64,000 nt of DNA from Candidatus Schekmanbacteria bacterium RIFCSPLOWO2_02_FULL_38_14 (lineage in GTDB: Bacteria > Schekmanbacteria > GWA2-38-11), in the NCBI GenBank assembly GCA_001790855.1, contig MGDH01000022.1, positions 7,116 to 71,115 on the forward strand, read 5' to 3'. The notes beneath the pieces were generated by a model. The model was not told where the DNA came from, searched no databases, and saw only the letters and a program-made list of their open reading frames with translations. Below, one piece after another: positions 29,765-41,278 of this stretch. Position 1 is the first letter of the stretch. The number at the start of each line of letters is the position of its first letter. The translations under genes and the position numbers were made by a program.

Positions 29765-31525
29765 TTGAAAAGAACACATTCATGCGGAGCTTTGAGAAAA
29801 GAAAATATAAATCATGAGGTGTCACTTGCCGGATGGGTGCAGAGAAGAAGGGACCATGGCGGGTTAATATTCATTGATTTAAGAGACAGAGAAGGCATTA
29901 CTCAGATAGTATTCAATCCTACTATAGGTTCTGAAGCTCATTCAAAAGCAAAGGATTTGAGAAGCGAATATGTCATGGCTGTCAGAGGGATTGTTTCTCC
30001 AAGGCCTGAAGGAACTAAAAATCCTAATCTGCCTACTGGTGAGATTGAAGTTCTAGCAAAGGAGCTTGATATACTAAATGAAGCAAAAACACCTCCGTTT
30101 ATGATTGAGGATGACGTGAATGTTGCGGAGGATGTAAGGCTGAAATACAGATACCTTGACCTGAGAAGACCATCCATACAGTCAAAGATAATACTGCGAC
30201 ATAATGTAACAAAAACTGTCAGAGATTATTTAAGCAATGAAGGTTTTTTAGAGGTAGAGACCCCGTTTCTTACAAAAAGTACTCCTGAAGGCGCAAGAGA
30301 TTATCTTGTCCCAAGCAGGGTCAATCCCGGAAGGTTTTATGCCCTTCCGCAGTCTCCACAGCTTTTTAAGCAGATACTCATGGTTGCTGGCTATGAAAAA
30401 TATTTCCAGATTGTAAGATGCTTCAGGGATGAGGATTTACGGGCAGACAGGCAGCCTGAATTTACTCAGATTGATATAGAAATGTCATTTGTTGACAGAG
30501 AAGATATTTATTCTACAATAGAAGGATTGTTCTTAGAACTTTGGAAAAAGATAAAAGGCATAGAGCTTAAAATTCCTTTCCCAAGGCTTTCATACAAAGA
30601 GGCAATGTCAAGGTTTGGAAATGATAAGCCTGATACAAGATTCGGACTGGAACTTTGTGATTTGGGAGAGATACTTGGAAACTCTGAGTTTAAGGTCTTT
30701 TCTGATGCTATTAAATCAGGAGGAAAAATTTGCGGAATAAATGCAAAGGGATGTGCCAATTTTACAAGAAAGGAAATTGATGAATTTACGGAGTTTGTCA
30801 AGATATACAATGCAAAAGGGCTTGCAACTTTTAAGGTTACAGAGACTGAGCTACAGTCCCCAATAACAAAGTATTTAAAAGATGAACAGATTCAGAAAAT
30901 AAAAAAGACAATGGGGGCTGAGGTTGGTGACCTTTTGATGATTGTTGCTGATAAGGAAAAAGTTGTTTATGATTCTCTTGCAAATCTGAGGTTGAAACTC
31001 GGAGAGAAAATAAATATTATAGATAAGGATAAATTCAATTTTCTCTGGGTTACAGATTTCCCTTTGCTTGAATACAGCGAGGAGGATAAAAGGTTTGTGG
31101 CAATGCACCATCCCTTTACTTCACCAAAAGATGAGGATATAAACTTTTTTGATACTGAGCCTTCCAAAATTCTTGCAAAGGCATATGACCTTGTTCTTAA
31201 TGGTTCAGAAGTTGGAGGCGGGAGTATCAGAATCCACAAGAGGGATGTTCAGAACAAAATGTTCAGGACTCTTGGAATTTCAGATGAAGAAGCTCAGGTG
31301 AAATTTGGGTTCCTCCTTGAGGCCCTAGAATATGGAACTCCTCCTCACGGAGGCATTGCTTTTGGTCTGGACAGAATTGTAATGATACTTACAGGTGCAT
31401 CATCAATCCGTGAGGTTATTGCTTTTCCAAAGACACAGAAGGCAACCTGTCTTATGACTGATGCACCTTCAGAAGTTGATAAAAAACAGCTTGATGAGTT
31501 GGGAATAAAATTGAAGGTTAATTAA
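29765..31525 (+). CDS. aspS: Aspartate--tRNA(Asp/Asn) ligase, probably non-discriminating
   Basis: 'YRYLDLRR', '[15 protein letters not shown]', 'PPHGGIAFG'. His31 and Gly83 present. TTG start with GGAG RBS. Confidence 0.97.
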   Translation: MKRTHSCGALRKENINHEVSLAGWVQRRRDHGGLIFIDLRDREGITQIVFNPTIGSEAHSKAKDLRSEYVMAVRGIVSPRPEGTKNPNLPTGEIEVLAKELDILNEAKTPPFMIEDDVNVAEDVRLKYRYLDLRRPSIQSKIILRHNVTKTVRDYLSNEGFLEVETPFLTKSTPEGARDYLVPSRVNPGRFYALPQSPQLFKQILMVAGYEKYFQIVRCFRDEDLRADRQPEFTQIDIEMSFVDREDIYSTIEGLFLELWKKIKGIELKIPFPRLSYKEAMSRFGNDKPDTRFGLELCDLGEILGNSEFKVFSDAIKSGGKICGINAKGCANFTRKEIDEFTEFVKIYNAKGLATFKVTETELQSPITKYLKDEQIQKIKKTMGAEVGDLLMIVADKEKVVYDSLANLRLKLGEKINIIDKDKFNFLWVTDFPLLEYSEEDKRFVAMHHPFTSPKDEDINFFDTEPSKILAKAYDLVLNGSEVGGGSIRIHKRDVQNKMFRTLGISDEEAQVKFGFLLEALEYGTPPHGGIAFGLDRIVMILTGASSIREVIAFPKTQKATCLMTDAPSEVDKKQLDELGIKLKVN

Positions 31526-31646
31526 AAAGGGTTTGAGGATTCTATGTTTTTACGCTTTGCGCTTTAAGCTGTTTTGACTATTGAACCCATTGTTCTTTAC
31601 CTTTTGGGCAGAGTCAGACTAATAAATCAAAATAGAGGGATTAAGT

Positions 31647-33533
31647 ATGCTTGATGTGATGAGAAAGAACATAAAGTCTTTATCAATATTTTTATGGCTC
31701 GTGATTTTTTCTTTCATAGCCTTTTACGGTGTTAACACAAGGAATCCCAGTGAGACTGAATCAGTGGCAGTAGTAAACGGAGATGCAATATCTTTTTCTT
31801 TATACAGACAAGAATATTACAAGACACAGGAGTTCTTTAGAAATATTTTAAAAGAAAATGCAGATGAGTATCTGAAAACTGTTGATTTGAAAAAGATAGT
31901 TCTTGATAGATTGATAGAAAGAACTCTTTTGTCCCAGCTTGCAAAGAAGATGGAGATAACTGCAACTGATGAGGAGCTTGTTGACAGGCTCAAAAAGTAT
32001 GATGTGTTCTTGAATGAGAGAGGTGACATTGATAATGACAGAATAGTGAACGTTCTGGAGAAAAATAGAATTGATCCTAAGAATTTCATGGAAGAGCAGA
32101 AACAGGAGATTCTTGTTGAAAAGATGAAAAAGCTGATTGAAGATTCTGCAAAGGTTTCCACTTCTACTGTGAGGGATGAATATATCAAAAAATATGAAAA
32201 AATAATGGTAGAATATGCATTTACTCCAAACGATTTTTACAATGACAATGTTAATGTCAACGAATCTGATACGAAGAGTTATTTTGATAAGAATAAAGAA
32301 AATTACCGCAAGCCAAAAATCAGAAAGGTAAAGTACACCATCATAGATACAAATGGATTTGATAAGGATTTAAAAATTGGGGAGAATGAGGTCAGGGATT
32401 ATTACAATAAAAATATTGATCTCTACAGGGCAAAAAACAAAGAAGTCAGGGCAAGACATATACTCTTTTCCTTAAAACCAGATGCGCCAAAAGAGGAGGA
32501 GGAAATAGTAAGAAAAAAGGCTGAAAAGGTTTTAAAAGAAGCAAGAAACGGAAAGGATTTCACAGCGCTTGCACAGCTTAATTCTGATGAGCCAATGGCA
32601 ACTGTAAGCGGTGGCGAGCTTGGATATTTTTCAAAAGGAAGGATGGTTCCGGAGTTTGAAAAGGCAGCATTTTCTTTAAAAAAAGGTGAAATCAGTGATT
32701 TGGTAAAGACTAACTTTGGATACCATATAATAAAAGTAGAAGATATACTTGAAGCAGGAACACCAAGACCTTTTGAGTATGTTAAGGCTGAGATAAGATC
32801 AAAAATTATTAATGAGAGAAAAAGGAGTTTAGGATTAGAGAAGGCTAATGAGGTTTATAATGAGTGGGTAAAACAAAAAGAAAAAGAAAACCTTGAGGAA
32901 ATAAGAGGCAATAGGATTATAAGTGACGAGATTGAAGAAGGAAGTTTTATAAAGGAGATGGGCAGGAATACTGATGTTAACAGGACTTTGGCAGAACTCA
33001 GGGAAGGAGAGTTTTCAAAACCATTTTTAACAGGTAATGGATGGGTAGTGTTAAAGCTTGAAAAAATAATTCCATCTTCTCTTTCTTCATTTGAGGAAGT
33101 AAAAGAGAAAGTGAGAAAAGATGTGGGTTCAGAGAAAAGTTCTCAGATGTTGGCTGAAAGGGCGAAAGAATGGTCAAAGAGTTTAAACAATAAATTAGCT
33201 TTTAAACAGATAGTTGATAAGAAAATTACAGTCAAAGAAAGCGGCGAGATAAACAGAGATAGTAATCTTGCAGGGATATCAGAGCAGGAAAATTTTAAAG
33301 GCTTTGCTTTCTCTTTATCAGAAAAAAATCCTGCAACTTATTTTAAAGCAAAAGATGGATACTTCTTAATAAATCTTATTAAGAGAATTCAAATAGATGA
33401 AAAGGATTTTGAAAAAAAGAAAAATGAATTCTATAAAAGCCTTCTTGCAGAGGAAAAAAACAGAGTTTTTACCGAGTCAATAAAAAATCTTAAAGCTCAG
33501 GCTGAAATTAAAACCTACAAAGAATTCTTGTGA
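31647..33533 (+). CDS. ppiD: PpiD/SurA-family periplasmic chaperone-PPIase
   Basis: N-terminal TM, SurA_N domain and parvulin motif 'RARHIL...GGELG.F..G.MVPEFE..AF...GYHII'. Confidence 0.85.
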   Translation: MLDVMRKNIKSLSIFLWLVIFSFIAFYGVNTRNPSETESVAVVNGDAISFSLYRQEYYKTQEFFRNILKENADEYLKTVDLKKIVLDRLIERTLLSQLAKKMEITATDEELVDRLKKYDVFLNERGDIDNDRIVNVLEKNRIDPKNFMEEQKQEILVEKMKKLIEDSAKVSTSTVRDEYIKKYEKIMVEYAFTPNDFYNDNVNVNESDTKSYFDKNKENYRKPKIRKVKYTIIDTNGFDKDLKIGENEVRDYYNKNIDLYRAKNKEVRARHILFSLKPDAPKEEEEIVRKKAEKVLKEARNGKDFTALAQLNSDEPMATVSGGELGYFSKGRMVPEFEKAAFSLKKGEISDLVKTNFGYHIIKVEDILEAGTPRPFEYVKAEIRSKIINERKRSLGLEKANEVYNEWVKQKEKENLEEIRGNRIISDEIEEGSFIKEMGRNTDVNRTLAELREGEFSKPFLTGNGWVVLKLEKIIPSSLSSFEEVKEKVRKDVGSEKSSQMLAERAKEWSKSLNNKLAFKQIVDKKITVKESGEINRDSNLAGISEQENFKGFAFSLSEKNPATYFKAKDGYFLINLIKRIQIDEKDFEKKKNEFYKSLLAEEKNRVFTESIKNLKAQAEIKTYKEFL

Positions 33534-33598
33534 TAACTAATCATTAACTTAGTTTCAAATACCAAAGCTGAAATTCCAAATATGCCTTTATAACTGCA

Positions 33599-34540
33599 AT
33601 GACTAAAACCGGTTTAGTTTATCATGACGATTATCTGACCCATATTGCAGGTCTTAGTCATCCGGAAAGACCGGAAAGGCTTAAGTCAATTATAAGTTTT
33701 CTTGAAAATAGCAGATTGATGAAGCAACTTATCAGGATTGAGCCTGTGAAAGCAGGAATTGAATGGATAGGAGAAATTCATAGTCAACACTATATAGAAC
33801 ATGTAAGAGAATCATGTGAAAAGGGTGATATCTTCCTTGATTCAATGGATACAGGGATTTGCAAAAATTCCTATGATGTTGCACTTCTTGCATCAGGAGG
33901 ATGTTTGAAGGCAGCAGATGCTGTTATGGAAAATCTTGTTAATAATGTCTTTTGTGCTGTAAGGCCACCTGGACACCATGCAGAAAAAAACCAAGCGATG
34001 GGGTTTTGTATTTTCAATAATATTGCAATTTTAGCAAGATATCTTCAAAAGAAACATGATATAAAAAATATTCTTATAATAGACTGGGATGTACATCACG
34101 GCAATGGCACTCAAAAGGCTTTTTATGACGACGATTCAGTTTTTTACTTCAGCATCCATCAATTTCCCCATTATCCAGGAACAGGCAGGGAATCGGAAAA
34201 AGGAAATGGTTCAGGGACAGGATATACTCTAAATGTTCCTGTAAGCATAGGATATGGAGATGAAGATTACATTAAAATATTCAAAGAAACATTAAAGTCT
34301 GCTGCTTTACGCTTTGAGCCTGACTTTGTTTTGATTTCTGCAGGGTTTGATGCTCATTCAAATGATCCCCTGTCAGGGATTTATATGTCAGAAAAGGGAT
34401 TTAATGGTATTACAAGAATTGTAAAGGAAATTGCAGATGAATGCAGCAGAGGAAGAATAATCTCTGTTTTGGAAGGAGGATATGACTTAAACTCTTTGGT
34501 AAAAAGTGTTAACGCACATATTTCAGCATTAATGGAGTAG
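33599..34540 (+). CDS. Zn-dependent histone deacetylase family protein
   Basis: 'HPERPERL', 'RPPGHHA', 'DWDVHHGNGT', 'SAGFDAH..DP', 'LEGGY'. Confidence 0.95.
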   Translation: MTKTGLVYHDDYLTHIAGLSHPERPERLKSIISFLENSRLMKQLIRIEPVKAGIEWIGEIHSQHYIEHVRESCEKGDIFLDSMDTGICKNSYDVALLASGGCLKAADAVMENLVNNVFCAVRPPGHHAEKNQAMGFCIFNNIAILARYLQKKHDIKNILIIDWDVHHGNGTQKAFYDDDSVFYFSIHQFPHYPGTGRESEKGNGSGTGYTLNVPVSIGYGDEDYIKIFKETLKSAALRFEPDFVLISAGFDAHSNDPLSGIYMSEKGFNGITRIVKEIADECSRGRIISVLEGGYDLNSLVKSVNAHISALME

Positions 34541-34548
34541 TTTCACAG

Positions 34549-35274
34549 ATGAGAAGCTTATTGAGCTGTTTTTTGATTTTTCTGTTAATGACAATATTTA
34601 CTGAAGCTGGAATGAATAAAGAAAAAGCTAAAAGCAGTGAAACTTTATACGCAGGCTTAAGGGACAGAATGGTTGAGGAGCAGATAGTTGCCAGAGGGGT
34701 AAAAGACAAAAGGGTAATAGGTGCAATGAGGAAGGTTCCCCGCCACAAGTTCATTCCTGAGGAAAACAGGGAATATGCTTATGAAGATGAGCCGGTTCCA
34801 ATAGGATATGGACAAACCATTTCACAGCCGTATATTGTTGCACTTATGACTGAATACATCGGAATTAAGGGGAATGAAAAAGTTCTTGAGATTGGTACCG
34901 GTTCCGGTTATCAGGCTGCAGTCTTAGCTGAGATTGCAAGGGAAGTTTATACAGTAGAAATTATTGAGCCTTTGGGCAGGTATGCAAAAAAGAGACTGGA
35001 TGAGATGGGATATAAAAATATAAAGGTTAAAATTGGAGATGGATACAAGGGATGGAAAGAATATGCGCCGTTTGATTGTATAATTGTGACAGCAGCTCCT
35101 GCAGAAATTCCACAGGCTTTAATAGAACAGCTCAGGGTTGGAGGTAAAATGGTAATACCTGTGGGGAAATGGTTTCAGGATCTGGTTCTCGTAGAGAAAC
35201 TTGATAAAGGGATTAAAAAAAGAACAGTTGCTCCTGTAAGGTTTGTTCCGATGACAGGAGAAACCCAGAGATGA
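34549..35274 (+). CDS. pcm: Protein-L-isoaspartate O-methyltransferase
   Basis: 'GQTISQP', 'VLEIGTGSGYQAA', 'VRFVPM'. Confidence 0.95.
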   Translation: MRSLLSCFLIFLLMTIFTEAGMNKEKAKSSETLYAGLRDRMVEEQIVARGVKDKRVIGAMRKVPRHKFIPEENREYAYEDEPVPIGYGQTISQPYIVALMTEYIGIKGNEKVLEIGTGSGYQAAVLAEIAREVYTVEIIEPLGRYAKKRLDEMGYKNIKVKIGDGYKGWKEYAPFDCIIVTAAPAEIPQALIEQLRVGGKMVIPVGKWFQDLVLVEKLDKGIKKRTVAPVRFVPMTGETQR

Positions 35275-35415
35275 TTTTTGTTGAAAAAAGGTTAGAAAAA
35301 ATTATAATAAAAACTTTAAAAATCGTGGAGTTTTTTTAATCCAAAACAGAGTAACTCTTAAAATATTATTTCAGAAATCATAAGCAAACAAGTAAGTTAA
35401 AATTTATTAAAACTT

Positions 35416-35718
35416 ATGGAAAAAATTAATAAGTGCTTAAAATGCGGGAAGAAATTTGGAGAAGGAGAGTTAAAATACAAAATTAATATGGTTATTGCTT
35501 CGGATTTTGATGGTGTGCTTGGTGAATCTGAAGAAGAAATGGAGATTGATGAGTTGATGGAAGAGATTGAAAACAAAGAGCCTGAAGAACTGGAGGATGA
35601 AGTATATAAGGAAGTTAATTTTCTTCTATGCAAGCCTTGCAGGGATATTTTTCTAAAAAAAATAACTGATCTTCAGATAAAGCAGATTATCGAGGATGAA
35701 GATCTTACTTGGCAGTAA
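35416..35718 (+). CDS. Small acidic putative Zn-ribbon protein
   Basis: Two CxxC pairs (CLKC, CKPC) flanking a Glu-rich segment. Confidence 0.6.
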   Translation: MEKINKCLKCGKKFGEGELKYKINMVIASDFDGVLGESEEEMEIDELMEEIENKEPEELEDEVYKEVNFLLCKPCRDIFLKKITDLQIKQIIEDEDLTWQ

Positions 35719-35888
35719 GGTTGTGAGTTTATTAGTATAGTACAAATTAATGATTTGGATTTAATTTGGCAGATAATAGATAATTTATAGCAAGTTTAAA
35801 TTTTATTTGGGGAGGTGGTACAGAGGGGAAATAATTTATATATTAAAGACGAAGATTAAGTTATAATTTTTTTACAGGAGTAGGGTTG

Positions 35889-36845
35889 ATGAAAAGAATA
35901 TATTTTTTTGGAATTTTGTTTTTATTAATTTTAGGATGTGAACAATTTCAGTTGAGAGATCCAAAGGAATTTTATGACAGAGGAGATAATCTGGCAAAAC
36001 TTGGCCAGATTGAACTTGCTCAGTTAGAATATCAAAAGGGGCTGAAAGTAAATCCCAATGATCCAAGAGGGCATTACAGTTTAGGAGTCACATATAAAAT
36101 TTTAGACAAGAGAGCCGAAGCTATCAGAGAATTTCATGAAACACTTAAATTAGCCCCAACCGATCCCGGCGCACATCATATGTTAGGTGATATGTATTTT
36201 ACTGAGGGGAAACGGGATGAGGCTATAAAAGAATTTAATGAAGCTTTAAAGAATGGAACGAATTATCCTGGTTTGTCTGAATTGCTGTTGATGATGGGAC
36301 ATGTTTATTTTGATAAAAAGGATTATGAACATGCTGCTAAATATTACACTGATTCAATAGCAAAAAACCCTAATAGCTATATATCTCATCTTTTTCTTGG
36401 TTATAGCTATTCAAGCATAAACAAGCTTGATGATGCTCTAAAAGAGTTTCACGAGGCATCAAGGCTTGAACCGAATGACTATGAGCCTTTTTTCAGAATA
36501 GCCCTGATTTATGATGTTCAGGGTAAACTTGATGAAGCAATGAATAAGTATAATGAAGCATTGAAGTTGAAACCAGACCTTAAAGATGCAGTTTTCAGAA
36601 TGGGTACCATTTATTACAAAAAAGAAAAATATGAGGATGCATTAAAAAAATATGAGGAGGTCTTGAAAATTGACCCTAATGATGCAGATTCACACCTTAA
36701 CCTTGGCTCGATTTATGAGAATAAACTGAAATCAGATGAAAAAGCAATTTATTATTATAAAGAGTTTTTGAGGTTAAATCCAAGTTATAAAGATGCAGAT
36801 GTAATAAAAGTAAGGATAGAACAGTTAGAACCATCAAAAAAATAG
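35889..36845 (+). CDS. TPR-repeat lipoprotein
   Basis: Lipobox 'ILGC' and repeated 34-aa 'AH..LG..Y...G..DEA...F..AL.L.P' units. Confidence 0.88.
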   Translation: MKRIYFFGILFLLILGCEQFQLRDPKEFYDRGDNLAKLGQIELAQLEYQKGLKVNPNDPRGHYSLGVTYKILDKRAEAIREFHETLKLAPTDPGAHHMLGDMYFTEGKRDEAIKEFNEALKNGTNYPGLSELLLMMGHVYFDKKDYEHAAKYYTDSIAKNPNSYISHLFLGYSYSSINKLDDALKEFHEASRLEPNDYEPFFRIALIYDVQGKLDEAMNKYNEALKLKPDLKDAVFRMGTIYYKKEKYEDALKKYEEVLKIDPNDADSHLNLGSIYENKLKSDEKAIYYYKEFLRLNPSYKDADVIKVRIEQLEPSKK

Positions 36846-36969
36846 CAAACAACACATTGCAGAAATCATAGATTTTTACGCTTTAATAAAATAACTGCTA
36901 CCTTGGATTATTTAAAGCTTTTATTCTTTTCGCTAAGGGTTATGATGAAAACTTTTAGAAAGGAATCCA

Positions 36970-38361
36970 GTGATAAGCAATACAGCTTTTAGGAGAATTT
37001 TTGTCATAGACAGAGTAATCTCTGATGTGATTTCTTTAGTAATTGCTTTTTATCTGGCACACTTTATACGCTATACTGTCCAAGAGCCGCTTTTTTACAG
37101 GCCATTAAGCGAATACTATGATAATTTTGCTGTGGGGCTGGTAGCTTGGATTCTGCTTTTTATAAGATCTACCTTGTACAAGCACAAGGCTCAGTTATGT
37201 AAGTTTGATCAGTTTTTTTCCATTCTTGGGAACGGGGTTTTAGCTACGCTGACTATTTTTACATATATGGCATTGGTAAAGGAGTCAGAGTATGCAAGAT
37301 TGACAATCATATACTTTGGAGCTTTAGGGGTTGTTTTTATTTCTATTGGAAGGTTCTCTATCAGAAAAATTCACAATAAATTCAGGAGAATGGGATATGG
37401 AGTCAAAAATGTGCTTCTTGTAGGAAGTGGAAAATCAGGAGATATGCTGGAGAATAAAATCAAAAATCATCCTGAACTTGGCTACAGGCTTGTTAAAGTG
37501 ATAAAACCTGAAGTTGTTAATGAAAATGGACAGGTTAGCACGGAAAAAATTAACAAGCTCTTTGATGAAACTTTTTCTTTTGTTGAGAAGAACAGGGTTG
37601 ATGATATCATCTATATCCATTCAAGAGGTTATAAAGAAGATATAATGAAACTGCTTTACTTATGCGAGGATAAAAAAATTGTGCTTACAATTGTTCCTAA
37701 TCTTTTTGAAATTATGACCAAACAACTGGATTTTACAGATATTGGCAATATTCCTTTGATAAAACTCAAAGAAAAACCGTTAAAAAAATGGCAGGAGTTT
37801 TTCAAGAGAATAATAGATTTAGCTCTTGCAATTCCAGGGGTTATAGTTCTTCTGCCATTTATGGTTCTTGTCTGGGTTTTAATAAAAATTGATTCCCAGG
37901 GACCAGGATTATTCAGCCAGGAACGCATAGGAAAGGGTGGCAAACCTTTTATAATGTATAAATTCAGATCAATGCAGGTCTATGCAGCCTCTCTACCTCC
38001 TACAAGAACTCAGGCTAATGACCCAAGAATGACAATGATAGGAAAGTATTTGAGAAAGTACAGCATTGATGAACTGCCGCAGCTTTTTAATGTAATTAAG
38101 GGAGATATGACTCTGGTTGGTCCAAGACCTGAAACAGCATTGTATGTTGACCAGTACACAAGCTGGCAGAGGAGAAGGCTTGAAACCAAACCAGGAGTAA
38201 CAGGATTGGCTCAGGTAAACGGAGTCAGAGGCAATATAGATTCTGTAGATGAAAGAGTTATGTACGATGTTGAATATATTGAAAACCAGAGCATAACCCT
38301 TGATGCAAAAATTCTATTTGCAACACTTCTTGTGTTTCCTTTTCAGACAAAAGCCGAATGA
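36970..38361 (+). CDS. Undecaprenyl-phosphate sugar-1-phosphate transferase (WcaJ/WbaP family)
   Basis: 'KRIID', 'YKFRSM', 'DELPQLFNV..G.M.LVGPRP', 'PGVTGLAQV'. Confidence 0.93.
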   Translation: MISNTAFRRIFVIDRVISDVISLVIAFYLAHFIRYTVQEPLFYRPLSEYYDNFAVGLVAWILLFIRSTLYKHKAQLCKFDQFFSILGNGVLATLTIFTYMALVKESEYARLTIIYFGALGVVFISIGRFSIRKIHNKFRRMGYGVKNVLLVGSGKSGDMLENKIKNHPELGYRLVKVIKPEVVNENGQVSTEKINKLFDETFSFVEKNRVDDIIYIHSRGYKEDIMKLLYLCEDKKIVLTIVPNLFEIMTKQLDFTDIGNIPLIKLKEKPLKKWQEFFKRIIDLALAIPGVIVLLPFMVLVWVLIKIDSQGPGLFSQERIGKGGKPFIMYKFRSMQVYAASLPPTRTQANDPRMTMIGKYLRKYSIDELPQLFNVIKGDMTLVGPRPETALYVDQYTSWQRRRLETKPGVTGLAQVNGVRGNIDSVDERVMYDVEYIENQSITLDAKILFATLLVFPFQTKAE

Positions 38362-38393
38362 TAGAACACTTTTGTTTTTGTACCAGGTAGTAG

Positions 38394-39089
38394 ATGAAAG
38401 CATTTCTGTTAGCTGCAGGACTGGGAACACGCCTCAGACCAATAACGAATAAGATTCCAAAATGTTTGGTTAAGATTCATAATCAACCTCTTTTATATTA
38501 CTGGTTGAAGCTGTGCGAGAAGTATGGGGTAAATGAAGTTATTATTAACCTCCATTATCTTCCTGAGAAGGTCAAAGAATTCCTTGAGAAAAATCAGACT
38601 GCTGTCCGTTTAAAAACTGTGTATGAGGAAGAACTTTTTGGAAGCGGAGGAACGATTTTTAAGAATAAGGATTTTGTTAAAGGCGAAGAGTCATTTTTTA
38701 TTTTTTATGCTGATAATCTTACAAATGTCAACCTTGATAAAATAAAATCCTTTCACAAAACACACAACGGCTTTCTTACAATGGGACTTTTTATGACAAA
38801 CTCTCCAGAAAACTGCGGGATTGCAGAACTTGACGGGAATAAAAGGATAATTGATTTTGTGGAAAAACCTAAGAAACCCAAAAGCAATCTGGCAAATGCA
38901 GGAATTTATCTCGCCCGGCAAGAGATATTTTCATTCTTTCCTAATGATAACAAGCTGATAGATTTTGGGGTTGACATTTTGCCAAAATTGGTAAATAAAA
39001 TGTACGGATATCTTATATCAGAGTATCTGATTGATATAGGTACTATGGAGAATTACGAAAAAGCTCAGAAAGAGTGGAAAGGTTTGTGA
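38394..39089 (+). CDS. hddC: Sugar-1-phosphate nucleotidyltransferase, likely heptose-1-P guanylyltransferase
   Basis: 'LAAGLGTRLRP', 'FVEKP', 'NAGIY', 'DIGT'. Adjacent to hddA/gmhA/gmhB. Confidence 0.7.
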   Translation: MKAFLLAAGLGTRLRPITNKIPKCLVKIHNQPLLYYWLKLCEKYGVNEVIINLHYLPEKVKEFLEKNQTAVRLKTVYEEELFGSGGTIFKNKDFVKGEESFFIFYADNLTNVNLDKIKSFHKTHNGFLTMGLFMTNSPENCGIAELDGNKRIIDFVEKPKKPKSNLANAGIYLARQEIFSFFPNDNKLIDFGVDILPKLVNKMYGYLISEYLIDIGTMENYEKAQKEWKGL

Positions 39090-39092
39090 GGT

Positions 39093-40073
39093 ATGATAAT
39101 TTCTCAAACCCCCTTAAGAATCAGCTTTGCAGGCGGGGGAACAGATTTTAAGGATTATTACAAGAACTTTGATGGTGGAGTTGTTATAAGCACAGCTATT
39201 GATAAATATGTTTATGTTATTATAAAAAAAAGGTTTGATAAGAATATTCGCATTGGTTATTCAATAACAGAGCTGGTGGATGAAGTAGATTCGATAAAAC
39301 ATGACCTTGTAAGAGAGGGGTTGAAACGGGCTAAGATTTCCGGAGGAGTTGAGATATCGACGATGGCAGATATCCCTTCAACAGGCTCTGGTCTTGGTTC
39401 ATCAAGCAGTGTTACAGTAGGCCTTCTTAATGCGATGTATGCTTTCCAGGGAATACAGAAAACATCAGAAGAGCTGGCAAAAGAAGCCTGCGAGATAGAG
39501 ATAGATATTTTAAAAAAACCAATCGGAAAACAGGATCAGTATATAGCGGCATATGGGAGTTTAAGAGAAATCCATTTCAAAAAGGACGGGAAGGTGAAAG
39601 TTGATGAGATAAAAATTCCAGAGGAAGTTAAGGAGAAATTAAATAGGAACCTGCTTTTGTTTTATACCGGGGAAAAAAGAGATTCAAGTACTGTTTTATT
39701 AGAGCAGAAAAATAATATTAACACCTTTTTTAACACTTTGAATGAAATGAAGGCAATGGTTCCTGAATTTAAAAAAGCCCTGCAGAAAGGTGAAATTGAT
39801 GAGTTTGGGAGGCTTTTGCATAGTACATGGGAATACAAGAAAAGTTTGGCAAGCAAGATAACAAATTCTCATATAGACAAACTCTACGAGAAAGCCATTG
39901 ATGCAGGTGCGCTTGGAGGGAAAATTGCAGGCGCAGGAGGCGGTGGTTTTCTCCTCCTATACTGTCCCTATAAAAAACAGGATAAAGTAAAAAGCTCTTT
40001 AACCGGTTTGAAGGAACTCAAGTTTGGATTTGAAAGGGACGGAAGTAAAATTATTTTCAATATAAATAAGTAA
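39093..40073 (+). CDS. hddA: D-glycero-alpha-D-manno-heptose 7-phosphate kinase (GHMP)
   Basis: '[12 protein letters not shown]', 'GSGLGSSS', 'GKQDQY', 'GAGGGGF'. Confidence 0.85.
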   Translation: MIISQTPLRISFAGGGTDFKDYYKNFDGGVVISTAIDKYVYVIIKKRFDKNIRIGYSITELVDEVDSIKHDLVREGLKRAKISGGVEISTMADIPSTGSGLGSSSSVTVGLLNAMYAFQGIQKTSEELAKEACEIEIDILKKPIGKQDQYIAAYGSLREIHFKKDGKVKVDEIKIPEEVKEKLNRNLLLFYTGEKRDSSTVLLEQKNNINTFFNTLNEMKAMVPEFKKALQKGEIDEFGRLLHSTWEYKKSLASKITNSHIDKLYEKAIDAGALGGKIAGAGGGGFLLLYCPYKKQDKVKSSLTGLKELKFGFERDGSKIIFNINK

Positions 40074-40117
40074 ATTGCAGCTATGAACTGTAAGGCATAA
40101 GTGATAAGGAATTTCTT

Positions 40118-40699
40118 ATGAGAGAGATAAAAGAATATTTGATTGACGTAGGGTCTATATTAAACACATTTCCTGTTGAAAAAATTAATGAAATTATAAA
40201 CAAGCTTATAGATGCTTACAGAAACAACAGACAGATATTTCTGTTTGGAAACGGAGGAAGTGCAGCTACAGCCTCCCATTTTGCTTGCGATTTGGGAAAA
40301 AGTACCGCAATGCAAAACAGAAAAAGATTCAGGGTGTATTCATTGGCAGATAACATTCCTCTTCTGACTGCGTGGGCAAATGATACTGATTATGAATTCA
40401 TATTTTCAGAACAGATGGAGAATTTTATTGAAAATGGCGACATAGCTTTTGCACTCAGCGGAAGCGGAAATTCAAAAAATGTGCTTAATGCCCTGAAACT
40501 TGCGAAGGGAAAAAATATTTTCACAATAGGGCTTACTGGCTATGCAGGAGGAAAGATGAAAGACCTCTGTGATATATGCCTCATAGTTCCGAGTGATAAT
40601 ATGCAAAAGATAGAAGATGTTCATCTCGTTTTATGCCATGTAATCTTTTCAAGAATCAGAGACAGATTATCTGTAAATGGAAGCAGTATTCATAGATAG
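40118..40699 (+). CDS. gmhA: Sedoheptulose 7-phosphate isomerase
   Basis: 'GNGGSAA.A.H', 'WAND', 'SGSGNS.N', 'IED.H'. Confidence 0.9.
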   Translation: MREIKEYLIDVGSILNTFPVEKINEIINKLIDAYRNNRQIFLFGNGGSAATASHFACDLGKSTAMQNRKRFRVYSLADNIPLLTAWANDTDYEFIFSEQMENFIENGDIAFALSGSGNSKNVLNALKLAKGKNIFTIGLTGYAGGKMKDLCDICLIVPSDNMQKIEDVHLVLCHVIFSRIRDRLSVNGSSIHR

Positions 40700-41234
40700 A
40701 GACGGCGTTATAAATGAAAACCTTAACGGCGATTATGTTAAGGAGTGGAAAGAATTTAAATTCCTTCCAGGAGTTCTTCACTCGCTTAAACTCCTCAAAA
40801 CAAATAAGGTAAAAGTAGTAGTTGTGTCTAATCAATCAGGAGTTGCCAAAGGATTGATGACAGAGAAACAGCTCAGCAATGTAAGCCGTTATTTTGTTAA
40901 AAAAGTAAAGGATTGTGGAGGAAATATAGAAGCTATTTATTACTGCGTTCATAATGTCGGCGAGAACTGTGACTGCAGAAAGCCAAAACCAGGACTCCTG
41001 TTAAAAGCATCAAAAGAGCTCGGAATTGACCTTAATAAAACTTATATTGTTGGTGATTACATAAGCGATATAGAGGCAGGAGTTACTGCTGGTTCAAAAA
41101 CAATTTTGGTTAGAACCGGGAGAGGAAAAGAAACTATCTCAAAGAGAGACGAATGGACTGTTGAACCTGATTATATAGTCTCAGACCTCAGTGAGGCAGT
41201 AGAGATTATAATAAAATCAAAACTTAAGAGTTAA
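40677..41234 (+). CDS. gmhB: D-glycero-D-manno-heptose 1,7-bisphosphate phosphatase
   Basis: 'DRDGVIN', 'SNQSG', 'C.H....C.CRKP.PG', 'VGD..SD'. Confidence 0.92.
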   Translation: MEAVFIDRDGVINENLNGDYVKEWKEFKFLPGVLHSLKLLKTNKVKVVVVSNQSGVAKGLMTEKQLSNVSRYFVKKVKDCGGNIEAIYYCVHNVGENCDCRKPKPGLLLKASKELGIDLNKTYIVGDYISDIEAGVTAGSKTILVRTGRGKETISKRDEWTVEPDYIVSDLSEAVEIIIKSKLKS

Positions 41235-41278
41235 AAGGCAGAACTAAAAATATAACTCTGATACAGAGGGAGGGATGA

